Shown in pieces: positions 28,517 to 38,496 of a stretch of DNA of 64,000 bases (the first letter of the stretch is position 1; each line of letters starts with the position of its first letter). Below the pieces are notes generated by a model. It was not told the origin of the DNA and made no database searches. It saw only the letters and a list, made by a program, of their open reading frames with translations. The position numbers were made by a program, and so were the translations under genes. Source of the DNA: Parcubacteria group bacterium (GTDB taxonomy: Bacteria > Patescibacteriota > Patescibacteriia > UBA2169); contig JACOYR010000001.1 in assembly GCA_016181765.1 (NCBI GenBank), positions 16,847-80,846 of the forward strand, written 5' to 3'.

Positions 28517-29519
28517 GGGAAAGTTTGTGGTTTTGTTTCTTTAAGGCGGCCGCGAGCTCGCTCGGCCGCAGTATGCCCGCCTGGGCGCCGATTTTACAGA
28601 TGACTGATTCGGAATTAGCAAGGCCGAGATCCAGGGCGTACGCAACATCATTCTTTGCAATCAAGCCGGCAATGAACCCGGAGAGGAGCGCATCCCCGGC
28701 GCCGGTCGGCTCCAGCGCCTTGATCCTCGGGTCAGCAGCCATGTGCAGCATCCCGCCCGCGTCCGCGTAGTAAACGCCGGCCGGCCCGTCGCTTAAAAGC
28801 ACGCGCTCGGGGCCGGCCGCGACCAGGGCCCCGAGAAGCGCTTTGGGGTTGTTGGCCGCACCCGTAAGCTCAAGCGCTTCATCCCTGTTGACGTTGAACA
28901 CAGAACAAATTTTCATAAACGGACGCACCCCGGAAAGGCCCGCTTTGAGCTGGACCGAGCCTGGGTTCCATGCCCATGAAATGTTGTGCGCTTTCGCGGT
29001 TTTTGAAATATCGCGGAGCTCATTTTTCCACGCACGCCCCGAGAGCGCGGACGTGCAGTACCATTTCGTTTTGGCGGCTGAACGCGCGGCCGGAGAAAAG
29101 TTGTTGGCCTTGGAGGCCCCCCGCTCGGTGAGCACGACCCGGTCGCGCTTCCGTGAGCCTGCAACAATGAGCGTGGAAAAGGCCGTGGGAAGCTTTGGGT
29201 CGCGCTGCACAAACCGCGTGGCTATGCCCTCGGATGCAAGCGTGCGCGCCACAACCCTGCCAGCTTCATCATTTCCCACGCGCACCATTGCCGCGGCTTT
29301 CAAGCCCATCCGGCTGAACGTGACCGCGGCGTTGGCCCCGCCCCCGCCGATGGTCCGCGCCGAAGAAACAACGTCAATCTTCGCGCCCTGCTCAAGCGCA
29401 ATCAACTTTTTGCGCTTTGGGTCAGGGTTCGGGTTCGCGATGACCGGCGCATCCGCAGGGTCCACGAACAAGAAAGTGTCGCGCACCGCGCTGCCAATAG
29501 TGATCACGTCGTACTTCAT
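28509..29519 (-). CDS. PfkB-family carbohydrate kinase
   Basis: GGGGANAAV and PTGAGDA motifs. Confidence 0.9.
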   Translation of the reverse strand: MKYDVITIGSAVRDTFLFVDPADAPVIANPNPDPKRKKLIALEQGAKIDVVSSARTIGGGGANAAVTFSRMGLKAAAMVRVGNDEAGRVVARTLASEGIATRFVQRDPKLPTAFSTLIVAGSRKRDRVVLTERGASKANNFSPAARSAAKTKWYCTSALSGRAWKNELRDISKTAKAHNISWAWNPGSVQLKAGLSGVRPFMKICSVFNVNRDEALELTGAANNPKALLGALVAAGPERVLLSDGPAGVYYADAGGMLHMAADPRIKALEPTGAGDALLSGFIAGLIAKNDVAYALDLGLANSESVICKIGAQAGILRPSELAAALKKQNHKLSHA

Positions 29520-30430
29520 ACCCAGTCCTTGCGCTTGAAAATGAGGAGGAAAACGAGGATGATCCCGCCGAGCGCCCCGAAGAGCAGCCACACGAAGCTC
29601 GGGTGCCCTATGAGCGGCAACCCCTCAACGTTCATGCCGTAGAACCCGGTTAAGAGCGTCATGGGCAGGAGGGATACGGAAATTACGGTGAGAAGCTTGA
29701 TGACCTCGTTGGTGCGCTGGGAAATCAAGGACTCATTGACGTTGTGCAGGGTGTTCATGACCTCCACATTGCCCGCGGTGATTGCGTGGAGCCGGTTAAG
29801 GGTATCCTGGACGTCGTCAAAGTACAGTGACAGGTCTTTGGGGAGGTAGGGTTTGTCCGCGTGCACGAGCGAGGCGAGCGCCACGAGCTGGGGGTTTAAG
29901 ATGCGCTGCAAGCGGATGAGGTTGCGCCGGATGAGCGCAATGCGCCAGACCGTGCCCTTGCCTGTCTGCTCGCTGTAAATTTCCTCTTCAATGTCCCCCA
30001 TCTGCGTGGACATCCTCCTGATCACGCTCCAGCTCGCTTCGGTGAGCGCATCCAGGAGCTTGTACAGCAGAAACCCGGCGCCCTGGCCCATGAACTCGTG
30101 CTGGTACTCATCGTCCGCCTCAATCTGCTGGCGGATCTCGTGGATTTTTCCGGAGTCGCCCTTTGCGACCGTGATGAGGTGGCTGTTTGAGAGGAACACG
30201 TCAAGCTCAAACACGTGGATGCGCTCCTCGTCTTTGTGGTAGTGCGGGAAGTGGAAAATCGCGAACACATAGTCCTTGTAAAAGTCGGACTTGGGCTGCT
30301 GGGGGCCGGCCTGTACGTCCTCAATGTCCAGGGGGTGGAACTGAAAATCTTTTTTGAGCGCGCTTACGGTTTTCTTGTCGTTGTCCGTAAAGTGGCGCCA
30401 CGTGATGTTGTTGCGGATGATTGGTTTCAT
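29516..30430 (-). CDS. corA: CorA Mg/Co transporter
   Basis: HPLDIED, TGFYGMN signature, two C-terminal TMs. Confidence 0.93.
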   Translation of the reverse strand: MKPIIRNNITWRHFTDNDKKTVSALKKDFQFHPLDIEDVQAGPQQPKSDFYKDYVFAIFHFPHYHKDEERIHVFELDVFLSNSHLITVAKGDSGKIHEIRQQIEADDEYQHEFMGQGAGFLLYKLLDALTEASWSVIRRMSTQMGDIEEEIYSEQTGKGTVWRIALIRRNLIRLQRILNPQLVALASLVHADKPYLPKDLSLYFDDVQDTLNRLHAITAGNVEVMNTLHNVNESLISQRTNEVIKLLTVISVSLLPMTLLTGFYGMNVEGLPLIGHPSFVWLLFGALGGIILVFLLIFKRKDWV

Positions 30431-31656
30431 GTTCTTTTTGCGCGCGCTGGCAGGGCCTGGAGCACGAGATACCCGATCAAGAAAAGGCTGAACAACCCGA
30501 GCAGGCCGACCAGGAGCTTGACCGCAAGGTTGCCCAGGTTCCAGAAGCCGATGGATATGCGCTCTGCTGCAAGACCCAGGCCTCCGGCGCCGTCGCTTAC
30601 GGACAAAGCCACCTCATACTCGCCCGCCCCGGGAAACGCGTGTTCCGCATCCATGGCCTGGGCATACGTCCCATCCCCGAAATCCCACAAATACAAGAAT
30701 GAGCCGTCTGCGCCCAGCACCTCAAATTGGTAGCGGTTCCAGGCGATTTTGCTTTTTGCGATTGAAACGTCCAAAGTGTAGTCAGCCTCGGACTGGTCCG
30801 GGAACGTGTATTCAACTTCCTCTGTTTTGTATTCGGGCGCGCCATCGGGTTCCTGCTCTGCCTGCGGCGCGGCTTCGACGCCGGAGGCGGCGGAGCCGCT
30901 TTGACCGCCAGCGTCGCGGCCGCCAGAGCCTGTCCCGAGTATTCCCGAGGGATCCACGCCGCTTGGCTCTGGAACGCTTGGCGCTGGAGCGGCCTTGATG
31001 TTCGGGTCAAACGGGGCAGGATCATCCCCGTTTGGCACCCCGTCATTGTCGTTGTCCGGGTCCGCGTTGTTGCCAATGCCGTCCTTGTCGTTATCGTATT
31101 TTTCGTTGGGATCAAGCGGGAACGCGTCAATCCCGTCGTGCGCACCATCCTGGTCCGTGTCCGCGACAAGCGGGTTTGAGCCTTTGACGCGCTCCAAGCC
31201 GTCCTCAACAGTGTCATTGTCATCATCCATGTCTATGGTGTCAAAGATGCCGTCCTTGTCCGTGTCCAAATCAACGATAAAATCAGTGATTTCAGCGGTG
31301 TTGTTTTCGGAATTCTCATCCCCTGCATCCGGATTGATGACAGATACCGCAATGTCGTAGTACCCCTCCAAGGGCCCCCAGTCCACGAACACGGTGGATT
31401 CTTTCTGGCTGAGCACGGTGATGGGCTGAACGCTCCCGACCTGGGTTTGGTTCACCTTGAACTCCACGCTCGCGCGCACGTCCTGCTGGCTTTGGTTCTT
31501 GATGGTCGCGTAGATGCGGACAATCTCCCCGGCCAGAGGCTTTGTATTGGAAAAGTAGACGTTTTCTTTGGGCACGGCCAAATCAGCCGCAGATACGGCG
31601 AGCGGAGCGAGCAGTATTAAACTCACTACTGCGATGGTCTGAACAAGCTTCAGCAT
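30427..31656 (-). CDS. Surface protein: CARDB-like, Ca-binding TSP3-like repeats, PKD domain, C-terminal TM
   Basis: Signal peptide; DTDKDGI/DNDKDGIG/DNDNDGV repeats; WDFGDG PKD motif. Confidence 0.85.
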   Translation of the reverse strand: MLKLVQTIAVVSLILLAPLAVSAADLAVPKENVYFSNTKPLAGEIVRIYATIKNQSQQDVRASVEFKVNQTQVGSVQPITVLSQKESTVFVDWGPLEGYYDIAVSVINPDAGDENSENNTAEITDFIVDLDTDKDGIFDTIDMDDDNDTVEDGLERVKGSNPLVADTDQDGAHDGIDAFPLDPNEKYDNDKDGIGNNADPDNDNDGVPNGDDPAPFDPNIKAAPAPSVPEPSGVDPSGILGTGSGGRDAGGQSGSAASGVEAAPQAEQEPDGAPEYKTEEVEYTFPDQSEADYTLDVSIAKSKIAWNRYQFEVLGADGSFLYLWDFGDGTYAQAMDAEHAFPGAGEYEVALSVSDGAGGLGLAAERISIGFWNLGNLAVKLLVGLLGLFSLFLIGYLVLQALPARAKRT

Positions 31657-31680
31657 GCAGCTAGTATACTATATTTTGGA

Positions 31681-32328
31681 TTATTGGGCAACAACGTCTT
31701 CTATGACCACAGGCTTGTTGGGCCGGTCGCGCGGATCGCGGGAAACCTTGGAAATCGCATCCACCACATCCATGCCGCTTGTGACCTGGCCGAACACCGC
31801 GTGCTTGGATGAAAGCGGCTCTTTGTCGTAATCCAGGAACGTGTTGTCAGCAATGTTGATGAAGAACTGGGAGCCCCCGGTTCCGGGTCCCGCATTTGCC
31901 ATGGAAATGGCGCCCCGCACGTTGGATGAGCCCTGGTAAAACTCGTCTTCTATGAAGTAGCCCGGGCCTCCGGTGCCGTCATTTGCCGGATCATCATCTT
32001 TTGACAAAGGGTCTCCGCCTTGGATCATGAAATCCGGAATCACGCGGTGGAACGCGACCCCATCATAGAAATCTTCTTTGGCGAGCTTGAGGAAATTGCC
32101 TGCGGTGATCGGGGCCTTGTCCATAAACAGTTCAATCGCAATGTCGCCCATGCTCGTCTTGAGGGTCGCGATTGGGTTTGCGGAAGGGGTTTCGGGCGCG
32201 CTTGATTCTGGGGCCATGGTTTCTTCTCCTTGGGGCTCATTAAATACTGATGCTTGGTCCTTTTGGCCGCACGACACCCCGAGGAGTGCAACTGCGAACA
32301 CGAGCGGGAACAATTTTGCTTTTTGCAT
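31681..32328 (-). CDS. Cyclophilin-type PPIase lipoprotein
   Basis: Lipobox VSC; FHRVIPDFMIQGGD, SMANAG, GSQFFI. Confidence 0.93.
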   Translation of the reverse strand: MQKAKLFPLVFAVALLGVSCGQKDQASVFNEPQGEETMAPESSAPETPSANPIATLKTSMGDIAIELFMDKAPITAGNFLKLAKEDFYDGVAFHRVIPDFMIQGGDPLSKDDDPANDGTGGPGYFIEDEFYQGSSNVRGAISMANAGPGTGGSQFFINIADNTFLDYDKEPLSSKHAVFGQVTSGMDVVDAISKVSRDPRDRPNKPVVIEDVVAQ

Positions 32329-32334
32329 ACGCGC

Positions 32335-32805
32335 TTAAAACTTAATTGGTATTGAAACAAGGTCCTGCTCCGAGCCGTCAAACGGGCTCTTGGAAAAGGC
32401 TTCCAGTACGCCTGAATCAGCGGCAACGTTTTCAAACAGCAGAAGCTCGCCGAACGAACCAAACCCGTCTTCCCCTGCCGCGGCCGCGGTTGCCTGCTTT
32501 TCGGCAATCACGGTTCCGCTTGCATCTTTAAGGCGCAAGTGGAGCGCGGGTGCGGAGGCCTTGGCAGAGCCTTTAACGAGCATGGGGCTTGTTATTGTTG
32601 CGTCCGGCCGGGGCTGGGTGACTCGCACGTTCCCGGAATCTGAAATAACAGGCTCGCCTTCTTCGGCTTGCGGAACATCGGCAATTATTTCCTGGCTTGA
32701 GTCCTCCTGCGGCCGACTCACCTCGGGCTCATTCGGCGCCTGCTTGTACGCGAGGCCGAGCATGGCAGCGAGCAGTATGATGGTGATGAAAATGTATTTT
32801 GCCAT
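32335..32805 (-). CDS. Gmad2-like immunoglobulin-domain protein
   Basis: N-terminal TM; NVRVTQP...SPMLVKGSA...SPFDGSE...IPIKF. Confidence 0.75.
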   Translation of the reverse strand: MAKYIFITIILLAAMLGLAYKQAPNEPEVSRPQEDSSQEIIADVPQAEEGEPVISDSGNVRVTQPRPDATITSPMLVKGSAKASAPALHLRLKDASGTVIAEKQATAAAAGEDGFGSFGELLLFENVAADSGVLEAFSKSPFDGSEQDLVSIPIKF

Positions 32806-32954
32806 GGGTTGATAATATCATCCGCCTTTTTAGCCGTCAAACGTATCTGAACTTATGCAATGAACGCGGTGCGCAAGATGCACGTCTCCTATGTGCAAAC
32901 TCCCGCAGAAACAACGCCTCTCGGAACTTCCACTGAAAATTCTAAAACTGCCGA

Positions 32955-33242
32955 CTAGCTTTCCTGCATGTAGTCAACGACTATAGCTATAATTTTTTGC
33001 ACCGTCTCGCTGCATGATTTAAATTGAATTCTATCTAAAACGTCATTTCCATACTTCCGCATCAAGTCGCTAATCAGCGCATGAATAAAAGACTGGGTCG
33101 CAGAATCAACGCCTTCAAAATTCAAAACAATGCTTTCTCCTTTTTCCAACGCGGGTATCAGCTGCGCAACCCTTATATTCCTGGCTAAATCCTTGTCTTC
33201 GGCAAACGAGCCGGTTTTGTCGAATAATGTAATGGTTCTCAT
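32955..33242 (-). CDS. STAS-like DUF4325 protein
   Basis: IVLNFEGVDSATQSFIHAL motif; downstream of HATPase. Confidence 0.8.
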   Translation of the reverse strand: MRTITLFDKTGSFAEDKDLARNIRVAQLIPALEKGESIVLNFEGVDSATQSFIHALISDLMRKYGNDVLDRIQFKSCSETVQKIIAIVVDYMQES

Positions 33243-33245
33243 AGG

Positions 33246-34214
33246 TTATATAAATTTAGGCTTTCTGTAACGCGCTGTTTTTCTCTCTCTAATAGCCTCG
33301 CGGTATGTTTGCGAGATTAAATCCAAAAGCAGCGAAAACTCGCTCGTGGTCGCCAAAGAAATATCTATGCCAACCACCGTGCCCTCCCAATTGGGAAGAT
33401 GAACCTCGCTCGAATGACGGTCGCGCAACGGGTCAGCATACAATTTAATCTTCTTAATCTTCGACGATTGTCTCTTTAACAGTTTGTACATTGCCGTGCC
33501 GCTGTAAATCACGAAAAAATCCCGATTTACGTTAGCAATTGATTTGATAAAGAATAATCCAGCTCCGGCATTTTGTTCTGTCCCGCCTTCTTTTCTCGTC
33601 GTACCAGTAATGCCAGGAGTTAACGCAAGGCGTATTGCGTCAAGATCATCTTTTGGATTATACGCATTATTAATAGTCTTCCAGATGCCGACCCCGGTAT
33701 CGGCTATTCCGATTCGGATAGTATTGCTCTTTTGAAAATATTGCGCCGCAACAAGAGCACCGTACTGTGACAAAGAGTGCTCAAGCACATTACGCACCAA
33801 CTCGCTGATAATATACCGTATAGGTTCCGCATGTTTTGGACTAAGGTGCAAAAGAGGCGTCATCTCGGTGATAAATTTTTTCAATTCCTCGCTGGTGTTA
33901 ATTTGAGTTAAAGGTATGAATCGTCCGGCTGGTTCATGTTTTTTTATTACCATGTCCGACTGAACACCTAAAAATTTAAAAAGCCCCATGCGTTCCAAGT
34001 AGTGTTTTGACCGCGCAGTAAATTTTTCACACGTAATATATGAGGGGTCTAACTCAAGGCCAAGTGCCGCAACCATTGCCAAAACAACTGGATGAATGGA
34101 TATCCAATTCGGATTCGCGGTAATCTCAAGCTTCCCCTTGTTTGATGGGTCAAAACTCTTAAAAAAAGAATCAATATTACCCAAAAAAGCGCTATTTGGC
34201 AAATGTATCTTCAT
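33246..34214 (-). CDS. STAS-like plus HATPase (anti-sigma kinase-like) protein
   Basis: ELVRNVLEHS (N box), IADTGVGI (G1), NAGAGL (G2), WEGT; YLERMGLF in N-terminal part; low GC. Confidence 0.8.
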   Translation of the reverse strand: MKIHLPNSAFLGNIDSFFKSFDPSNKGKLEITANPNWISIHPVVLAMVAALGLELDPSYITCEKFTARSKHYLERMGLFKFLGVQSDMVIKKHEPAGRFIPLTQINTSEELKKFITEMTPLLHLSPKHAEPIRYIISELVRNVLEHSLSQYGALVAAQYFQKSNTIRIGIADTGVGIWKTINNAYNPKDDLDAIRLALTPGITGTTRKEGGTEQNAGAGLFFIKSIANVNRDFFVIYSGTAMYKLLKRQSSKIKKIKLYADPLRDRHSSEVHLPNWEGTVVGIDISLATTSEFSLLLDLISQTYREAIRERKTARYRKPKFI

Positions 34215-34519
34215 AAACTCAAATTATGTTCATTTATCCAATATTTTACCGGGATTTTTGATAAAAGTCAATATACCCAAATTCCCGGTAAAAATAAGGG
34301 GTTTCTGTATTTACCAACCACAGAATGAACGGTGCCACTTGTAATCTGTTGACAGAACACGAACGTTGTGATAAAGGTACCTTTGTAATCCGCACCTGGA
34401 CAACCAATCACCCCACCCTTTGCCGCAAGGAGGGCACTGTGGTCAAAACCGCGATCAGACCGTTTCCCACGTGGCGCACTCATGGCGCTCACGATCCGCT
34501 GACCCGGAAGGAGGAGAGT

Positions 34520-34948
34520 ATGTTCCGTGTTGAAAGCGCAACCTCGTACGACGGTGTGGTCCGCTTTCTTCGGGAAGAGGATGGACCTGCCGCGCTGTTG
34601 GCGAGCGAGCTCGCAATGTTCCTGGAAGAGCGCCTCGGAATGCCGGTGGAGATGGTGTACAACACAGGTTTCCATGGGAACGCACCGAGCGCTATGTGCC
34701 ATATCACGTTTCCGAGAGTCGGCCACGGAATAGCTCGGTTCCTGGTGTTTAAGAACGTTGACTACAAAAGGACGCCGGATGAGTGGCTTCCAGACACAAC
34801 CAACGCGCAGTTCTTTCGGCACATGCTCAAAGAGGCTGCGTGTTCCATCCAGCAGATGGCCCTGCCCCAGCTCCAGCGCCAGTTGGAGGGATGGACCGCG
34901 CGGGTGAGTGAAATCCTCGCGGAAACCGAACAGGCGGTTCCGGCCTGA
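34520..34948 (+). CDS. Orphan hypothetical protein (cassette)
   Basis: SD AAGGAGG; upstream TTGACA; terminator GAAGCCTCG...CGAGGCTTC plus T-run at ~34979-35018. Confidence 0.65.
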   Translation: MFRVESATSYDGVVRFLREEDGPAALLASELAMFLEERLGMPVEMVYNTGFHGNAPSAMCHITFPRVGHGIARFLVFKNVDYKRTPDEWLPDTTNAQFFRHMLKEAACSIQQMALPQLQRQLEGWTARVSEILAETEQAVPA

Positions 34949-35084
34949 CCGCTCCTTGGGGCGCAACAACCCCGAACCGAAGCCTCGTGCGCTCCCCGCG
35001 CCCGAGGCTTCTTTTTTTGTCCGCAATGCGCACACGTTTGCAAAGAACCCCACCTTAGTCCTCCCCTTGGTAAGGGGAGGAAAC

Positions 35085-36044
35085 CTAAAAGTCGCCGATT
35101 TCCTTTTTGAAGATTTCCTCAATGGTGAACGAATCAAGGGTCCACACGAGTTTTGAATTCTCGCGGCTGATGTAGTATTCCTCGCTCGGCGCGGGCAGCT
35201 TGTCCCCCACGTACAGCGCGTCTTTTTCCCCGGTTTCAAACCCAAGCTCAATGCGGATAGTTTGCGCCTTGTCCGCCGAAGAAGAGGAGCTGCCGGTAAT
35301 GCCGGCTTGCTCTTTGGTGACATCTTCTTTGATATCAGCCGCAAATAAATCTGCCAATGACGCGAGCACAGGCCCGATCACCGCATCGGACGAATCTTTT
35401 GAAAACGGCGTTACCTGCTTCCAGCCGTCCCCGGTTTTGATCAACGAAATCTCCACCTCATTATAGCGCCAGTCAATGGACGTAACTTTGAGCGGGTCAA
35501 ATATCCACACGCGCTTGTCGCGCCAGTCCGTGCGGTTGAACACGGGCCGGATGTTTTGCGCCGCCAGATAGACGTTGTCCGAATCGGCGCGGCGGACGTA
35601 TGTGCTCAAAAAACCCGGGCCCTCTTTGCCGATAATGGCGTCTATAACCTGGGTATCCCCTTCCCACGCCTGAATCTTGACGCCCACATCATCCACCTGC
35701 AGTTCCTCGCGCTTTTCCGGATTGCGGCTCGCGAGCTCCCCGCGGGGCAGGTCAGCAAATATCTTGAGCAGGTCCGCGATGTACTCCGGATTCACGCGGT
35801 ACGCGCCCTTGTTCGCGACCACCCATTCATCATCCCGCTTTTCCAGAACATTCTCATATAATCCGTTGACCCCGAGGATGCGGATTTTATCCAGGGCATC
35901 CGCGTCCACGCGGAAAAATGTGGCATCAGAACGCGCATTTTTGTTGCCGGCCATGCCTTGATATATACCCAAGCCGACAAGAAGCACGGCGAGCACGCCG
36001 AGGAGGAAAAAAATATTTTTGAACTTGGAGATTAGCAAAGTCAT
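35085..36044 (-). CDS. DUF4340 domain protein
   Basis: N-terminal TM, two internal repeats, TYVRRADSDNVY...DWRDK; typical last gene of Gld-type ABC operons. Confidence 0.8.
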   Translation of the reverse strand: MTLLISKFKNIFFLLGVLAVLLVGLGIYQGMAGNKNARSDATFFRVDADALDKIRILGVNGLYENVLEKRDDEWVVANKGAYRVNPEYIADLLKIFADLPRGELASRNPEKREELQVDDVGVKIQAWEGDTQVIDAIIGKEGPGFLSTYVRRADSDNVYLAAQNIRPVFNRTDWRDKRVWIFDPLKVTSIDWRYNEVEISLIKTGDGWKQVTPFSKDSSDAVIGPVLASLADLFAADIKEDVTKEQAGITGSSSSSADKAQTIRIELGFETGEKDALYVGDKLPAPSEEYYISRENSKLVWTLDSFTIEEIFKKEIGDF

Positions 36045-36340
36045 ATTTTAATACGAGACGGCGTCCGTTTGAGCAATCGTTAGTATTTATATATTAACAT
36101 AGGATTTGGCATGGGACAAAATAAGGAGAAATTTTGGCTAATTTAAGCTAAAAATAATAGTTTTTCATTGACAAAATATATTAGATATGTTAATATGTAG
36201 GCATACAAAAAGTTCTTTTTATCCTCTTCTGACTACTGTTTTATAGGTTAAATGCCTATAGACCAGTAGTCAGAAAAAAGTCATAATGGGTTGGCTAAAT
36301 GGCCGACCTAGGCAACTCACTTCATTTTTGGAGGTGAACC

Positions 36341-36811
36341 ATGGGGTTTTTTGAGGCAGTAGGAATGTTGTTGGGAGCCTTGGCGGGGTTCCTGGGGTTG
36401 AGTTTCTGGGGCGCCTTCACCAAGCGTCCCACCACTCTATTCTTCAGCCTCCTGATCATCGGGGTGCTGATCCCGATGATGACCGGGACCGTCGGCGACG
36501 GCAACTCGCCATGGATGGTCATCGCAGAGGTCATCATTTTCGGTGCCATCGGTGTCGGCATATTTGGTTCAATCATGTCGACGGGGGCCAAGGCCCGATT
36601 CCTGATGGGAGCGTCGATGATCATCACCTCAGCCTCATGCTTTTGGGGGTTCTCTGGGATGCTCCCCTCTGTCCCCCTGCAGCACCCTTACCTCCATCAG
36701 GTTATGGAGGGCCTGATCTGGGTCATCGCAACCCCGATCGGGCTGATGGGACTCTCAGAACTCATCTGCGATCATCCCTTCGGAGTCAAGGGAGCCAGGA
36801 TCGCTCACTGA
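36341..36811 (+). CDS. Orphan multi-TM protein (cassette)
   Basis: SD GGAGGT; TTGACA...TAATAT promoter; terminator GAGGGTATCACA...TGTGGTACCCTC plus T-run at 36841-36877. Confidence 0.7.
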   Translation: MGFFEAVGMLLGALAGFLGLSFWGAFTKRPTTLFFSLLIIGVLIPMMTGTVGDGNSPWMVIAEVIIFGAIGVGIFGSIMSTGAKARFLMGASMIITSASCFWGFSGMLPSVPLQHPYLHQVMEGLIWVIATPIGLMGLSELICDHPFGVKGARIAH

Positions 36812-36875
36812 CGACAAGGAAGTCGTCATGCACTTTTGAGGAGGGTATCACACGGATGTGGTACCCTCGCTTTTT

Positions 36876-38492
36876 TTATATCTCCACCCTTGCCTTGCGC
36901 CTGCGGGCCGCGCGGAGAAGACCGTAGCACGCGAACAGAATCGGCATGCCAGCGATGTTGAGCCACTTGATCTGGGATCTGCGCTGGTCCGAGAGCTGCT
37001 TAAGCGGCCGGTCCGTGACGCCCTTGGAGCGGATCTCAATGAGGCTTGCATCGCTCGTAAGCGCGTCCACCAGGTTTGCGAAAAACACGGCATTCGCCTC
37101 CCACCGGCTGACGTTGATATCAAGCGGAAAATCCGCATCCCCGATCACAATGAGCCGGCCTTCCGCAGTTTCGGATTTGAACTGCACACGCTCGGCTGCG
37201 GCCGGCGGCTCGGAGCCCTCTCCATCGCCATCAATACTAACCCGGCCCGGAATGTCGTCAGCCGTAAACATGCTCTTGAAATACCCGGAGAGCATGGTTC
37301 CCACGACAAATGACCGCTGGTCCTCGGGCGCGGGAGCCTGTATCAGGCGCGGGTTCAACTGCCAGTTGCTGTCCTGGGCCCAGGCGCCTGCGGTGGTGCG
37401 CACCAAATCCGTGCGCACGGTGCGCTCATCAAGTTTTTCCTCAATGACGTCAATGCTTGATGCCCAAGTCAGCACCAGGGACTCCAGTTGGTTCACTATG
37501 TTTGAATCCGGGTTAAACCCTCCCTTTTGGATCTTGACCCACAAGGGGTACGGCGCATAGAACTGGGTCTGGTCCGTGCGGAACGGCGCGAGCTCATGGG
37601 AAACATCCAGCACCAAATCCTTGTTCAGGCGGATGCCGTGGCTCGCCAAAAATTCTCCGAGCGAGCCCTCGCGCTTTTGGGCGGTGAGGGTGTTAAAGTC
37701 CACGTCCGCGCCTTCGGCAAGGATTAGCAGATCGCCGCCCCGCATCAAGAACTGGTCAAGCACGTAGAGGTCCCTGCGGTTGAGGCTTGTAGGCCCCGGA
37801 ACCACCAGCGTCGCGATGCGCTCCGGAATGAGCTCAACGTTCTGCAGGGTAATGTCTTCCACGCGGTACTGCTGTTCCAGCATCCCGCGCACGCGCGCGA
37901 GCGCTGTCCCGGGCTGTGCTCCCTTGTCCGCCACAAAAGCAACCGTGGGGAGCTCCTGTTGGGCCACCCGCGTGATGGCCGCGGCCAGATCATACTCCAA
38001 CGTGGATGCGTCCTGCACAATAGGGATAATCTCCTGGTTATCCCCGTAAAAGGCGGCAAGCCCCAAATACCCGTTCGTAACCTGGAACGCATCTTTCTGC
38101 ACCACGTTGAACTGCAGGGTCGGGATGCCGACGCCCTGCGCCTCCCGCGCGAGCTCGTCGCTTGAGCCCGGGTCAAGGTACGTAACTTTGACATTGCCGG
38201 AGCTTGAGTTTTCAAATTCGGACAAGATGCCGCGCACGTCCTGGTTGCGCACCAGCAAGTACCCGGGCAGCTGACTCGTAAAGTAGGCTTTGACGTTCAC
38301 CACGTCATCCATGCTCGCCAAGATATCTTTCGTAGTGCGCGAGATGCTGTAGTCTTTGTTCTCGGTCGCGTCCCATCGCGCAAAAATTTTGAGCGACACC
38401 AGGTTCAGCACCACTGCCACTGCCGCAACCAAACCAATGGCGAGCAGGGCGCTTGCGCGGTTCACTTGTTTTTTGGAGTTGAAAAGCGCCAT
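36876..38492 (-). CDS. GldG-like ABC transporter auxiliary protein
   Basis: WDATENKDYSIS, EYDLAAAI, LDQFLMRGG, RLIVIGDADF. Confidence 0.88.
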   Translation of the reverse strand: MALFNSKKQVNRASALLAIGLVAAVAVVLNLVSLKIFARWDATENKDYSISRTTKDILASMDDVVNVKAYFTSQLPGYLLVRNQDVRGILSEFENSSSGNVKVTYLDPGSSDELAREAQGVGIPTLQFNVVQKDAFQVTNGYLGLAAFYGDNQEIIPIVQDASTLEYDLAAAITRVAQQELPTVAFVADKGAQPGTALARVRGMLEQQYRVEDITLQNVELIPERIATLVVPGPTSLNRRDLYVLDQFLMRGGDLLILAEGADVDFNTLTAQKREGSLGEFLASHGIRLNKDLVLDVSHELAPFRTDQTQFYAPYPLWVKIQKGGFNPDSNIVNQLESLVLTWASSIDVIEEKLDERTVRTDLVRTTAGAWAQDSNWQLNPRLIQAPAPEDQRSFVVGTMLSGYFKSMFTADDIPGRVSIDGDGEGSEPPAAAERVQFKSETAEGRLIVIGDADFPLDINVSRWEANAVFFANLVDALTSDASLIEIRSKGVTDRPLKQLSDQRRSQIKWLNIAGMPILFACYGLLRAARRRKARVEI

Positions 38493-38496
38493 AGGA

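Noticed and set aside
31000-31270. Repetitive GTCGTT/GTCCTT-rich stretch
   Set aside because: Explained by Asp-rich TSP3-like protein repeats.
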